64,000 nucleotides of DNA from an uncultured bacterium. Lineage in GTDB: Bacteria > Omnitrophota > Omnitrophia > Omnitrophales > Aquincolibacteriaceae. The stretch covers positions 111,615 through 175,614 of the forward strand of contig CAZSFZ010000003.1 of NCBI GenBank assembly GCA_964606385.1, read 5' to 3'. Below the pieces are notes generated by a model. The model was not told the DNA's origin and did no database searches. It saw only the letters and a list, made by a program, of their open reading frames with translations. Positions 45,586-53,917 of the stretch are shown piece after piece (within the stretch, counting starts at the first letter, position 1; each line of letters starts with the position of its first letter). The translations under genes were made by a program, and so were the position numbers.

Positions 45586-46683
45586 TCAGCGGACTCCGCT
45601 TTGCGTGACGGCTTTGTAGATCGTTTTGTTCTGTTCCTTGAGAATGGTGCAACATCCCGCAAAACAAGGGGCTTTATCTTGGAGTCGTTGCCTGAATTTT
45701 AAATGTTCGCCGGTCCAAAGTTTTTTGAGCCGGATCTTTTTCACGTTCATGCCGGCCACGGGGTCCTGGATCTGCGGGCATTGCAGGATGTCGCCGTTCG
45801 CGTCCACGGAAAGAATATAATAATTCGTAAAGCATTGTCCGGGGTTCTCTTCCGGGCTTTTGCCGGAGCAAGAACACGCCTTCGCTCCCCTCTCCTCCGG
45901 CGCGACCGGGGCCTTGTCTTCATCCAGCCAGTTCCTGGCATAAGCCAATTTAGGGTTTTCCACGAACTTCCGCAACAGGCCTTTGAACTCCTCCCGCTCC
46001 GCCACGCTGAGCTGCAGGGACTCATAGTCCTTCTGCCCGGAATAAAGCATCTTCAGGACATGCACGGATTCGATGTTCTTATGCGCTTGCGCGAAATCCA
46101 GGATATCGGGAAGGGTCTTGTAGTTATGGCGCGTGATCACAACATTCAGGAGGACCCTCAGCTTGCTTTCAAGGCGTTCCAGTTCTTCGAAAAACTCTGT
46201 AATCTTGTGGAAATATGGTTTTCGGTCGATCGCGGGTCTTACTCTGTGCTGGATCTCAGGTGTCACGGCATCCAGGCTCAGAAGCATGATGTCCCAACCA
46301 AACTCTGTCATGACCCGGGCGGCTTCTGGACCCAAAAGGCTCCCGTTCGTGGTCATCGATCCCATAAAGCCGAGCTCTTTGATCTTGCGAAGAATGGCGA
46401 AGATGTCTTTTTTACAGAAGGGGTCCCCGACCAGCCCGCCCAAGTTGATTTCTTTGACTTGGAAGGTCTTGGCGTCCTCAAAAAACGCGAACCATTCTTC
46501 GGGGGCGAGCTCCCTACCCCAGTCCGGCCTTATGGCGCCGCCGTGGTCCGGATGGCCGCCCCGGCAATAAAGGCAGTCGAGGTTGCAGGTTTTCGTCATC
46601 ATGAGCGCGATCGTCTCCGGCCCAACGTTTTTGTCGCGTAATGATCTTTTGACGCGCTCGATCGTATTTCGATCCATGGTCAT
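45586..46683 (-). CDS. radical SAM/SPASM-domain protein
   Basis: TKTCNLDCLYCRGG motif and a C-terminal CSCSGKS...CFTNYYILSVDANGDILQCPQ...CFAGCC. ATGA overlap with the upstream gene. Confidence 0.75.
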   Translation of the reverse strand: MTMDRNTIERVKRSLRDKNVGPETIALMMTKTCNLDCLYCRGGHPDHGGAIRPDWGRELAPEEWFAFFEDAKTFQVKEINLGGLVGDPFCKKDIFAILRKIKELGFMGSMTTNGSLLGPEAARVMTEFGWDIMLLSLDAVTPEIQHRVRPAIDRKPYFHKITEFFEELERLESKLRVLLNVVITRHNYKTLPDILDFAQAHKNIESVHVLKMLYSGQKDYESLQLSVAEREEFKGLLRKFVENPKLAYARNWLDEDKAPVAPEERGAKACSCSGKSPEENPGQCFTNYYILSVDANGDILQCPQIQDPVAGMNVKKIRLKKLWTGEHLKFRQRLQDKAPCFAGCCTILKEQNKTIYKAVTQSGVR

Positions 46684-47738
46684 GATCCCCGAAAAGTGTA
46701 TTTGCTGTTAGTCGCTGATGAGCCGCCTCTGAAGATCGAGATCAGCTTTCCCCAAAAACGCTTTTGGGACGAATCATGCCGTGCGCTCTCTTGCCCCGCC
46801 TTGTCCACCACAAGACCCGCCAGGCAAGGCGATTTGCATTTTTGGACCCTTTTCATTTCCTGAAGATACGCGTCGCAATTCAAGGCGTCCTCAAGCTTGT
46901 GCAGATGAAGGGGGTGATCGATCTCTTTGCCGCAGATCCAGAGATTGCCGCGATAGTTGATGTTAAAGCTCTTTGTTCCCATCAGGCAGTAATTATCCGT
47001 GATCAGCTGGTTGGTGAAATAATCCCAATACCGATCCATCACCCGCAAGGGACGGGCGAGCTTCATCTTTCTTTCGTTCTCATGCAAAAAGGTCAAAAGG
47101 TTTTTCAGCGCTTTTAATTGATGTCGGTCCAGATGAAACCCGTTACGCAAATAGTAGACTTCGTTGTTCGTAATGACCGGTTGAATATCAATGTGGAGTC
47201 GTTTGTGCTTCTTCATGAAAAATTTCAAGAAATCCTTAAAGCGAAGCATGTTCTCGGGCATCAGGACCGACGTGTAGAGAAAAGACCAACCCCCTTTCTC
47301 GAGCAGGCTCACCGCCGCCATGACCTTTTTAAAAACCCCCTTACCACGGATCGCGTCATTCTCTCGCTCCAGACCGTCCAGCGACAACAAGAAAACGACT
47401 TTGTCCTTACAGGCTCGGATGCTTTCTAAAAAAGCTGCGTCTAAAAGGGTCGCATTGGTGACAATGTTAGCAGTAATTCCCTTCGAAGTGATCAACGGGA
47501 TCAAGCGGCCCAGATCGGCCGCCCGCGACAAAGGCTCTCCGCCTCCGAAAGCGATGGTTTCGACAGGAAAGCGAGTGATGTTTTGAACAATGGCCTCCCA
47601 TTGCTCCACGGTCAACTCGAGCTCGACCGGAGTCTTGCTCACCGTCGTGGAGCACATGATGCAGCTAAGACCGCATCGGTCGGTCATGGCAATATAGAAC
47701 TGACCGAACCGTTTCGGATTATTTTCTGAAAAAACCAT
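46680..47738 (-). CDS. radical SAM-domain protein (tandem paralog A)
   Basis: MTDRCGLSCIMCSTT, GGGEPLS, and a C-terminal CLMGTKSFNINYRGNLWICGKE...CKSPCLAGLVV. About 70% identical to the N-terminal half of the 48291 gene. Confidence 0.75.
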   Translation of the reverse strand: MVFSENNPKRFGQFYIAMTDRCGLSCIMCSTTVSKTPVELELTVEQWEAIVQNITRFPVETIAFGGGEPLSRAADLGRLIPLITSKGITANIVTNATLLDAAFLESIRACKDKVVFLLSLDGLERENDAIRGKGVFKKVMAAVSLLEKGGWSFLYTSVLMPENMLRFKDFLKFFMKKHKRLHIDIQPVITNNEVYYLRNGFHLDRHQLKALKNLLTFLHENERKMKLARPLRVMDRYWDYFTNQLITDNYCLMGTKSFNINYRGNLWICGKEIDHPLHLHKLEDALNCDAYLQEMKRVQKCKSPCLAGLVVDKAGQESARHDSSQKRFWGKLISIFRGGSSATNSKYTFRGS

Positions 47739-47747
47739 ATCGGCCTC

Positions 47748-48185
47748 TTAAGACGACTCCCGGTCCCTTGAAAGGTTCAACATTTGCGATTTTATTTCCT
47801 GGGTATCGCAACAGACCTGGTCCAGATGGTCGCGCATGAGTTCCGTAAAATTCCGGATCGCTTCCAGATCGTGGGCCATGCGTTCGCTGGTAACATGGGA
47901 CTGCCGCAGTGATTGTTGTATGCTGTGCATTTGAGCTTCACGGGCGCTTTCCGAAATAATCTTGGACTCAAAAAGAAGCTGTCCTATGTTCGCGAGCATC
48001 CGAACCACGGCGGCCACAATCCAGCAGATGATCATGAACGTGGTCGCTTGAAGGACCCAGTTTGGCTTCCGCGCATGAAAAAAAATCGCCTGCGCTCCCA
48101 CGACGCTCCCTACGATCGCGATGACCCAGGAAAAAGCCAACAGAATGACGCTGTTCAGCATCGGCCTTTTCTTAAATGGTAACAT
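47748..48185 (-). CDS. small membrane protein (2 TM) with a coiled-coil tail
   Basis: 145 aa. Strong AAGGAGGTT RBS. A G10 homopolymer tract sits 28 nt upstream of the ATG. Confidence 0.5.
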   Translation of the reverse strand: MLPFKKRPMLNSVILLAFSWVIAIVGSVVGAQAIFFHARKPNWVLQATTFMIICWIVAAVVRMLANIGQLLFESKIISESAREAQMHSIQQSLRQSHVTSERMAHDLEAIRNFTELMRDHLDQVCCDTQEIKSQMLNLSRDRESS

Positions 48186-48212
48186 GGTATAACCTCCTTC
48201 GTTAACACCCTC

Positions 48213-48222
48213 CCCCCCCCCG
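48213..48222. repeat. poly(C) on the plus strand, i.e. a G10 homopolymer tract on the coding (minus) strand
   Basis: ccctCCCCCCCCCCgg between the radical-SAM paralog at 48291 and the membrane-protein gene at 48185. Confidence 0.8.
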
Positions 48223-48290
48223 GAGGTAAGAACCTTCGGTTGCTCCTTGGGAAAAGGCGCTGCTCTTTTAAACGTTTAAACGAGTGCGGC

Positions 48291-50267
48291 TTATTTTTCC
48301 TTAAATCCTTTCAAAGAGGAACGGCATCCTTCACTTTCAAGAAACTGCTTCAAACTTATCAGTTCGCGATAGTTTTTCTGCCAAGTGTCTTTCTTCCCCG
48401 GCCCAAATGCAAGGGTCCCGTCGCTTTCGATCATGATCGAAAAAGGACCCCCGTTTTGGGGGCCGCTCAAATTTCCCGCTTCGTCCTCGGTAAAAACACC
48501 AAAATCAGAAAAGTCGGGATTAGGGTCGAAGCGAAAGCGGTCTATGTTAGATTTGATCTTCAGATCATCAAACTTTTTTCTCATGAGCGGTCTATCTTTT
48601 AAAAATCCTTCTTGCTGCTCCGGAGAGAACCCGCGGGATTCTTCGGGCGAAAGAAAGAAAAATCCGTTCAACTTGAATTCCGCCAAAAGGCCGAAAAGCC
48701 TGGAGAGGCCGCCGTCTTGCATTCCGACGGGCGGCGATAAAATATCGATGAGAGGATGGTCGGCGTGATACACCCCCTTATATTTTTCTGAGGCTCTCAA
48801 GATCCTGAGCGCGCGTTCTTGTTGCGATCCGAGAGTCAGATCAAGACGGACGCCCAAGCGGCTGATCAAACCGTCTCCCGTCAAACGTTCCAAGTTCGCC
48901 TCATTCAGCCGAAAAACGCCGGCCATTACGCTAATGAATAGGTCCTCATTTTTCAATGCTTCTAAGAAATAAAACAGCTTTTCCTTGTAAAAAAAAGGGT
49001 CACCATTCCCGCCGATGTAGATCTCCCGGATCTCAAGCTCGCGGATGTCCTTCACTAGCTTATCGATCAGATCCCTATGCCTAAAAAAATCTTCGTGGGG
49101 GCTAAAACTACACGCATGACCACCAAGCTCCCCTCGGGCGTCCCCACACGAGCTCACTGAGAGAAAAAGCCTGGGGGGGAATGAACTGGCGCGGGAGTCC
49201 GTAGAGTTTTTTGCTTCTCCCGCTCTTCCTGATTCAATTTCGAGCGGGAACCGCCTTTTGAAGCGATCCCTCCGAAGCGCACGGCCGTAAACTGCTTTTT
49301 TCCCTCCGGCATATCCGGTTTTTGTTTCTACCACAAGACCGGCCAAACAGGGGGATTTGCATCTTTTCACCCGCTCCATCTCCTTAAGGTAAGCTTCCGT
49401 GTTAAATACATCTTCGAAAGGATGTTGATAAAGGGGAAAATCGATCTCCTTGCCGCATATCCAAAGGTTCCCGCGATAATTGATGTTAAAGCTCTGCGTT
49501 CCCATTAGGCACCGGTTGTCGGGAACGATCTCATTCCTAAAATAATCCCAATACCGGTCAATCACAGGTAAAGGGCGGGCAATCTTCATCCGTCTCTTGT
49601 TCTTATGCAAAAAGGACAGGACATCCCTCAGGGAGTTCAGCTGCGCTTCATTTAAGTGGAAACCGTTCCGCAGGTAATAGATCTCATTATTTGTGATGAC
49701 CGGCTGGATGTCCACAGGAACGGCCGGGTACCGTTCCGTCAAAAATTCTAAAAAATCCACAAAACGGCAGACGTTCTCGGGCATCAGGACCGAGGTGAAA
49801 AGGAAAGGCCATTGATAGCTCTGAAGCAGGCGCGCGGCATTCATCACTTTTTGAAAAACACCCTGCCCCCGGATCGCGTCGTTCTCTTTTTCAAGTCCGT
49901 CTACCGAGAGAAGAAAAGTGACCCTGTTTTTATGCGCCAGAACGCTCTCCAAAAATTTTTCATCCAGACAGGTCGTATTGGTCACGATGTGGATGGGAAC
50001 GCCCTTGGAGGCGATTAGAGGGATCAAGCGCGTCAGGTCGGTCGCGCGAGACAGGGGTTCCCCGCCGCCGAAAGCGATCATTCCGATCGGGAAGCGAATG
50101 ATATTGCGGATGACGGATTCCCATTTTTCCACGGACATTTCATGCTCCACGGGCGTCTTGCTGATCGTCGTGGAGCACATGATGCAGCTCAGGCTGCACC
50201 GATCCGTCATCGCGATATAAATATGCTCGATCCTTGCGGGCATGCCCCGGTTCTCGGTCGGGTTCAT
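48291..50267 (-). CDS. radical SAM-domain protein (tandem paralog B) with an extra degenerate radical-SAM-like C-terminal domain
   Basis: N-terminal half (MTDRCSLSCIMCSTT...CKSPCLAGLVVE) is paralogous to the 46680 gene. The C-terminal 330 aa contain SCGDARGELGGHAC and IYIGGNGDPFF, a radical-SAM-like fold lacking the canonical Cys triad. The start is the ATG at 50267 (ATGA overlap). The track extends to 50333. Confidence 0.7.
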   Translation of the reverse strand: MNPTENRGMPARIEHIYIAMTDRCSLSCIMCSTTISKTPVEHEMSVEKWESVIRNIIRFPIGMIAFGGGEPLSRATDLTRLIPLIASKGVPIHIVTNTTCLDEKFLESVLAHKNRVTFLLSVDGLEKENDAIRGQGVFQKVMNAARLLQSYQWPFLFTSVLMPENVCRFVDFLEFLTERYPAVPVDIQPVITNNEIYYLRNGFHLNEAQLNSLRDVLSFLHKNKRRMKIARPLPVIDRYWDYFRNEIVPDNRCLMGTQSFNINYRGNLWICGKEIDFPLYQHPFEDVFNTEAYLKEMERVKRCKSPCLAGLVVETKTGYAGGKKAVYGRALRRDRFKRRFPLEIESGRAGEAKNSTDSRASSFPPRLFLSVSSCGDARGELGGHACSFSPHEDFFRHRDLIDKLVKDIRELEIREIYIGGNGDPFFYKEKLFYFLEALKNEDLFISVMAGVFRLNEANLERLTGDGLISRLGVRLDLTLGSQQERALRILRASEKYKGVYHADHPLIDILSPPVGMQDGGLSRLFGLLAEFKLNGFFFLSPEESRGFSPEQQEGFLKDRPLMRKKFDDLKIKSNIDRFRFDPNPDFSDFGVFTEDEAGNLSGPQNGGPFSIMIESDGTLAFGPGKKDTWQKNYRELISLKQFLESEGCRSSLKGFKEK

Positions 50268-52813
50268 TTTCGTTTCTTGCCTTTCGGGAACGGGAAGAGC
50301 GGCCTCTGATGTCTTTCTCGCAGTACTTTCCATTTGTCAAAAAAGGTCTTGCTGATTGTGGAAAGTTTTTCGGATTCCGGCCGCTCGGAACAGAACTGGG
50401 TGCAATTCGAGCGGCATCGTTTGATCTTTTTGCGCAGTTGCTGCGCTTTTTCCGAGAACCAAAGCTCTTTAAGGCTGCGCTGCTGGATGTTGCCGAGGGA
50501 TTCCATGCAGACAAAACTAACATCGCCGGAGGGCCCGACGAAGATCCGGCTGAAACCGGCAAAGCAGGTATTCACGGTCCGTTTTCTCTCGAAATGCTGC
50601 ACGGTCTTTTCAGCCATAAAATCAATGTGAGGTTCCCCGGGCAAAGCCGCGCGCTTCATTATTTCGAGTTCTTCAAAGACACGGCGCAGCTCCGCGATAT
50701 CAGACGCCTCGAGCAAAAAATCAGATTTGAATACCGAGAAAGACGCAAGATCGCTGTTATCCACGAGAGGCTGGAAGGCGATATAGCAACATTGGGTCCT
50801 GCGGGCGAGCCGGGCCAGGTCAGGAAGTCCCTTAACATTACTTTTCATGATCACGCTGCACATGGCGACATCCAGCCGCCCTTCGGGGTTGTCCTCAAGC
50901 CTTCGTTTGTATTCCTTTTTATAGTGATTGATCCAATTCAAAGCCTGGAGAGCCTTGTCAAAGACTCCTTTGCCCCGGATCGCGTCGTGAATTTCGGGAT
51001 CCGCGCTATCGATCGAAAACGAGAGGCTGCGGAGTTTGGAGCGGACGATTTTTTTCGCAAGCTCTTCGGTGATCAGACTTCCGTTTGTGTTAAGCGTAGT
51101 GACAACACCCGGACGCTGGGCGTAATCGATCAATTCAAAGATATCCGGCCGCAAAAGCGCTTCCCCGCCTGTAAAATAGATATTCTTCGCCCCAAGCGCA
51201 ATGCCCTGGTCGATCACCCGCTTCACTTCTTCGGTAGTCATCTCCCGGTCGTGCTGCTGCTTCCACACGGTGCACATCTTGCAGCGGATGTTGCATTTCG
51301 TGGTCATCATGATCTGGATCATGTCCGGACCCACCAGCACCTTACTGAAAAGACGTGAAAAATAAAAGAGGGCGTTCCGCTTCGTTTCACAAAGCAGCTC
51401 CCAAAAGTCTTTCGCGTAAGGGTCCTCATGTTTTCTTGAATGCCTGTTGCTGGTGATACCGCCTTTGTAGAGCCCGAGGAGCCGCGCGAGCCTCCGAAGG
51501 CCCTTGGCGCGCCATGTCCTTGTGCGGTAATCGTTCTTTTCTTGCGCGATGAACCAATGTCCTTGGGGATCGTATTGGATCTGAAGGTCCTCGGCCTGCT
51601 CATGAAGCGCCGAGTTCTCCGGGATATAACAAGCGCTCACGTTCACGAACTCCTCGATATATTTCCTGTTCTTGAACAGGAACCATGCTGTCCGGAAAAA
51701 ATCCGAGGCGGTCTCTTTGGGATGCCCCACCATCCACAGGGTATTCACTTTGATCCCTGCCTCGTAGGCCCTTTGCATGGTGATCGAAGCTTCTTCGGCG
51801 CTCGGCTTTCCCATGAATTTGAGAATCTTGTCCGAACCGCTTTCGATGCCGAAGGTCAAATACAGACATCCGGCATTCTTGATCTTTTTGAAAAGTCCCG
51901 GTGGCATATCTTTCCGGGCCCTGGCCATGCCTCCCCAGGTAATATTCAGCTTCTCTTGGATCAAAAGATCCGCCAAGCGTTCCAGCCCCTTGAGGTCGCC
52001 GTTCACCAGAAGATCATTGCTCTTAAACCAGGTCCTTCCGTACCGCGCCTTATGCTTTTTGATCTCTTCGACGATATCCTCCGCGGGACGCATCCGGTAA
52101 TTGCCCCAAATGGGTTTGTCGCAACAGAAGCGGCAATGGTAATGACACCCCCGGCTGAAGAGGATCGGCATTTCCGTTTTATTATCGTAAGCGTTCATGT
52201 CAAAGAGGTCGAACGCGGGGAGCGGGATCGTATCGATAGGGATTGTTCCGTGGTTATCGCCGTTATCGACCAAGGTCCCACCCTCCCGAACCACCGTCCC
52301 TTTGATCCCTGTGAGCGGCTCTCTCCGGGCCAACCGTCCCAGGATCTCACTCATGATATTCTCACCTTCTCCCTTGACAAAAATGTCGACATCCGCATTG
52401 CGGGCATCCCGAAGATCCAGTCCCGACGAACAGAAGGGGCCGCCATAAATGATCGGGACCGAAGGGGCGATCTTCTTGAGCTTCCCAGCTAGTAGATTGG
52501 CCATCATGCGCGAATGGGAGTTCACTCCGAAGCCTACGACCTCGGGACCATAAGCCATAACTTCCTGGGCCCAGTGATCGGCAATCCTTTCGATATTAAA
52601 ATGTTTCTTGATCTCTTCCTCGCTCAGCCAAAGATCCGCGTTCGGCCAATCCCAAAGATGCTTTGCGGGGCCACTTTCTGCGTACAGCCTGGAGTTGAAA
52701 CAAAAAACTTTTACATCGTGTTTTTCTTCTCTGACCTTTGCCGCGATGTAAGCAAGACCCAAATGGGGAAAATCCACACCGTAGACAGGAGGAAAAACGA
52801 GGGCGACCTTCAT
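50264..52813 (-). CDS. fusion of a B12-binding (class B) radical SAM with a SPASM-type radical SAM
   Basis: 849 aa. The N-terminus MKVALVFPPVYGVDFPHLGLAYIAAKV is a cobalamin-binding domain followed by the RGCHYHCRFCCD radical-SAM motif. A second domain begins near residue 480 with MMTTKCNIRCKMCTVW, GGEALL and a C-terminal Cys cluster (CFAGFSRIFVGPSGDVSFVC...CRSNCTQFC). Confidence 0.75.
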   Translation of the reverse strand: MKVALVFPPVYGVDFPHLGLAYIAAKVREEKHDVKVFCFNSRLYAESGPAKHLWDWPNADLWLSEEEIKKHFNIERIADHWAQEVMAYGPEVVGFGVNSHSRMMANLLAGKLKKIAPSVPIIYGGPFCSSGLDLRDARNADVDIFVKGEGENIMSEILGRLARREPLTGIKGTVVREGGTLVDNGDNHGTIPIDTIPLPAFDLFDMNAYDNKTEMPILFSRGCHYHCRFCCDKPIWGNYRMRPAEDIVEEIKKHKARYGRTWFKSNDLLVNGDLKGLERLADLLIQEKLNITWGGMARARKDMPPGLFKKIKNAGCLYLTFGIESGSDKILKFMGKPSAEEASITMQRAYEAGIKVNTLWMVGHPKETASDFFRTAWFLFKNRKYIEEFVNVSACYIPENSALHEQAEDLQIQYDPQGHWFIAQEKNDYRTRTWRAKGLRRLARLLGLYKGGITSNRHSRKHEDPYAKDFWELLCETKRNALFYFSRLFSKVLVGPDMIQIMMTTKCNIRCKMCTVWKQQHDREMTTEEVKRVIDQGIALGAKNIYFTGGEALLRPDIFELIDYAQRPGVVTTLNTNGSLITEELAKKIVRSKLRSLSFSIDSADPEIHDAIRGKGVFDKALQALNWINHYKKEYKRRLEDNPEGRLDVAMCSVIMKSNVKGLPDLARLARRTQCCYIAFQPLVDNSDLASFSVFKSDFLLEASDIAELRRVFEELEIMKRAALPGEPHIDFMAEKTVQHFERKRTVNTCFAGFSRIFVGPSGDVSFVCMESLGNIQQRSLKELWFSEKAQQLRKKIKRCRSNCTQFCSERPESEKLSTISKTFFDKWKVLRERHQRPLFPFPKGKKRK

Positions 52814-53871
52814 GGTTGGGCCTTCAGAAATTTACGGAATACGTTTTTCAATGACGCGGACTCCTGACGGGCATGGCAATCCTGAAGGCAGTACTGACGG
52901 CATTGTTTGATCCAGGCCCTCCGTTTCCGGGACGCCGCCGATGTCCAGAGCTTCTTGATGGAAGGGGTTTGGCGAACATTGCCGATGATCTCGCCACACA
53001 TCTGGATGGACCCGTCCGGCAACAGCACGAAGCGGCGGTATCCCGCGAAACACACCCAATCATTTTTACCGACCTCTCTATTAAAGTATTTTTTCAGCAG
53101 ACCGTAGCTCGGGTAATCGAGATGGTATTTGGTCCTTTGTAAAGCGTCGAACTTCCCGAGGATCTTTTCGAACTTTTTAAGACGTTCCCCGGAGATCCAC
53201 AGGCCATGTTTGTCGTCGTCCGAGCTTTGTTTATAAAGCTCCACATTGTTGGCCACGACCGGCGTGATGTATAAGGATTCCGCAGAAAGTTTCTCGGCTA
53301 ACCAAAAATATTCTTCCAGATCCTCGAAATTATAGTTGGAAAGGGTCAAGATCAGGACCTTGATCGGGCTCGATAAAGTTTTAAGACGGTTAAGATGTTC
53401 GATCCCTTTGAGGATCTTGTCGAAGGCGCCTCGCTGCCCGCGGATCGTGTCATGGGTCTCCGCTTTGGCTCCGTCCAAAGAGATCGTGAGAACATCCAGC
53501 TTGGAATCGATCAGTTGCTTCGCCATCCGCTCATCGATCAGCGTCCCGTTCGTCGTCAGGATGACCCGCAATCCGAGATCCTTGGCATGTTTGATAATAT
53601 CAAAACAGACGTCCCGCAGCAGGGGCTCTCCCCCGCATAAATTCACTTCCCGCACACCCCAACGGGCGCATTGATCCATCACGGACCGGATCTCTTCGAA
53701 TGTCAGTTCCTGTGTTTCTTCCGCGCGCTCCCAGACATCGCACATCTTGCACCGGAGATTACAGCGGCTGGTCACGGAGATCTGAAGAGTGTCCGGAGCG
53801 ATCCAGGGATGCCCGGTCTTGCGGGACAACCAAAAACCAAGATCTCTCGTAAGGTCATTCCATCGATTCAC
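52810..53871 (-). CDS. radical SAM/SPASM-domain protein
   Basis: FWLSRKTGHPWIAPDTLQISVTSRCNLRCKMCDVW, CGGEPLL, and a C-terminal CFAGYRRFVLLPDGSIQMCGE...CRQYCLQDC. GTG start with an AAAGGAAA RBS. Confidence 0.75.
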   Translation of the reverse strand: MNRWNDLTRDLGFWLSRKTGHPWIAPDTLQISVTSRCNLRCKMCDVWERAEETQELTFEEIRSVMDQCARWGVREVNLCGGEPLLRDVCFDIIKHAKDLGLRVILTTNGTLIDERMAKQLIDSKLDVLTISLDGAKAETHDTIRGQRGAFDKILKGIEHLNRLKTLSSPIKVLILTLSNYNFEDLEEYFWLAEKLSAESLYITPVVANNVELYKQSSDDDKHGLWISGERLKKFEKILGKFDALQRTKYHLDYPSYGLLKKYFNREVGKNDWVCFAGYRRFVLLPDGSIQMCGEIIGNVRQTPSIKKLWTSAASRKRRAWIKQCRQYCLQDCHARQESASLKNVFRKFLKAQP

Positions 53872-53917
53872 TTCGTTTTCCTTTCAAAAATCCTGCAGTG
53901 CCCCATGCCGCTTTGCT

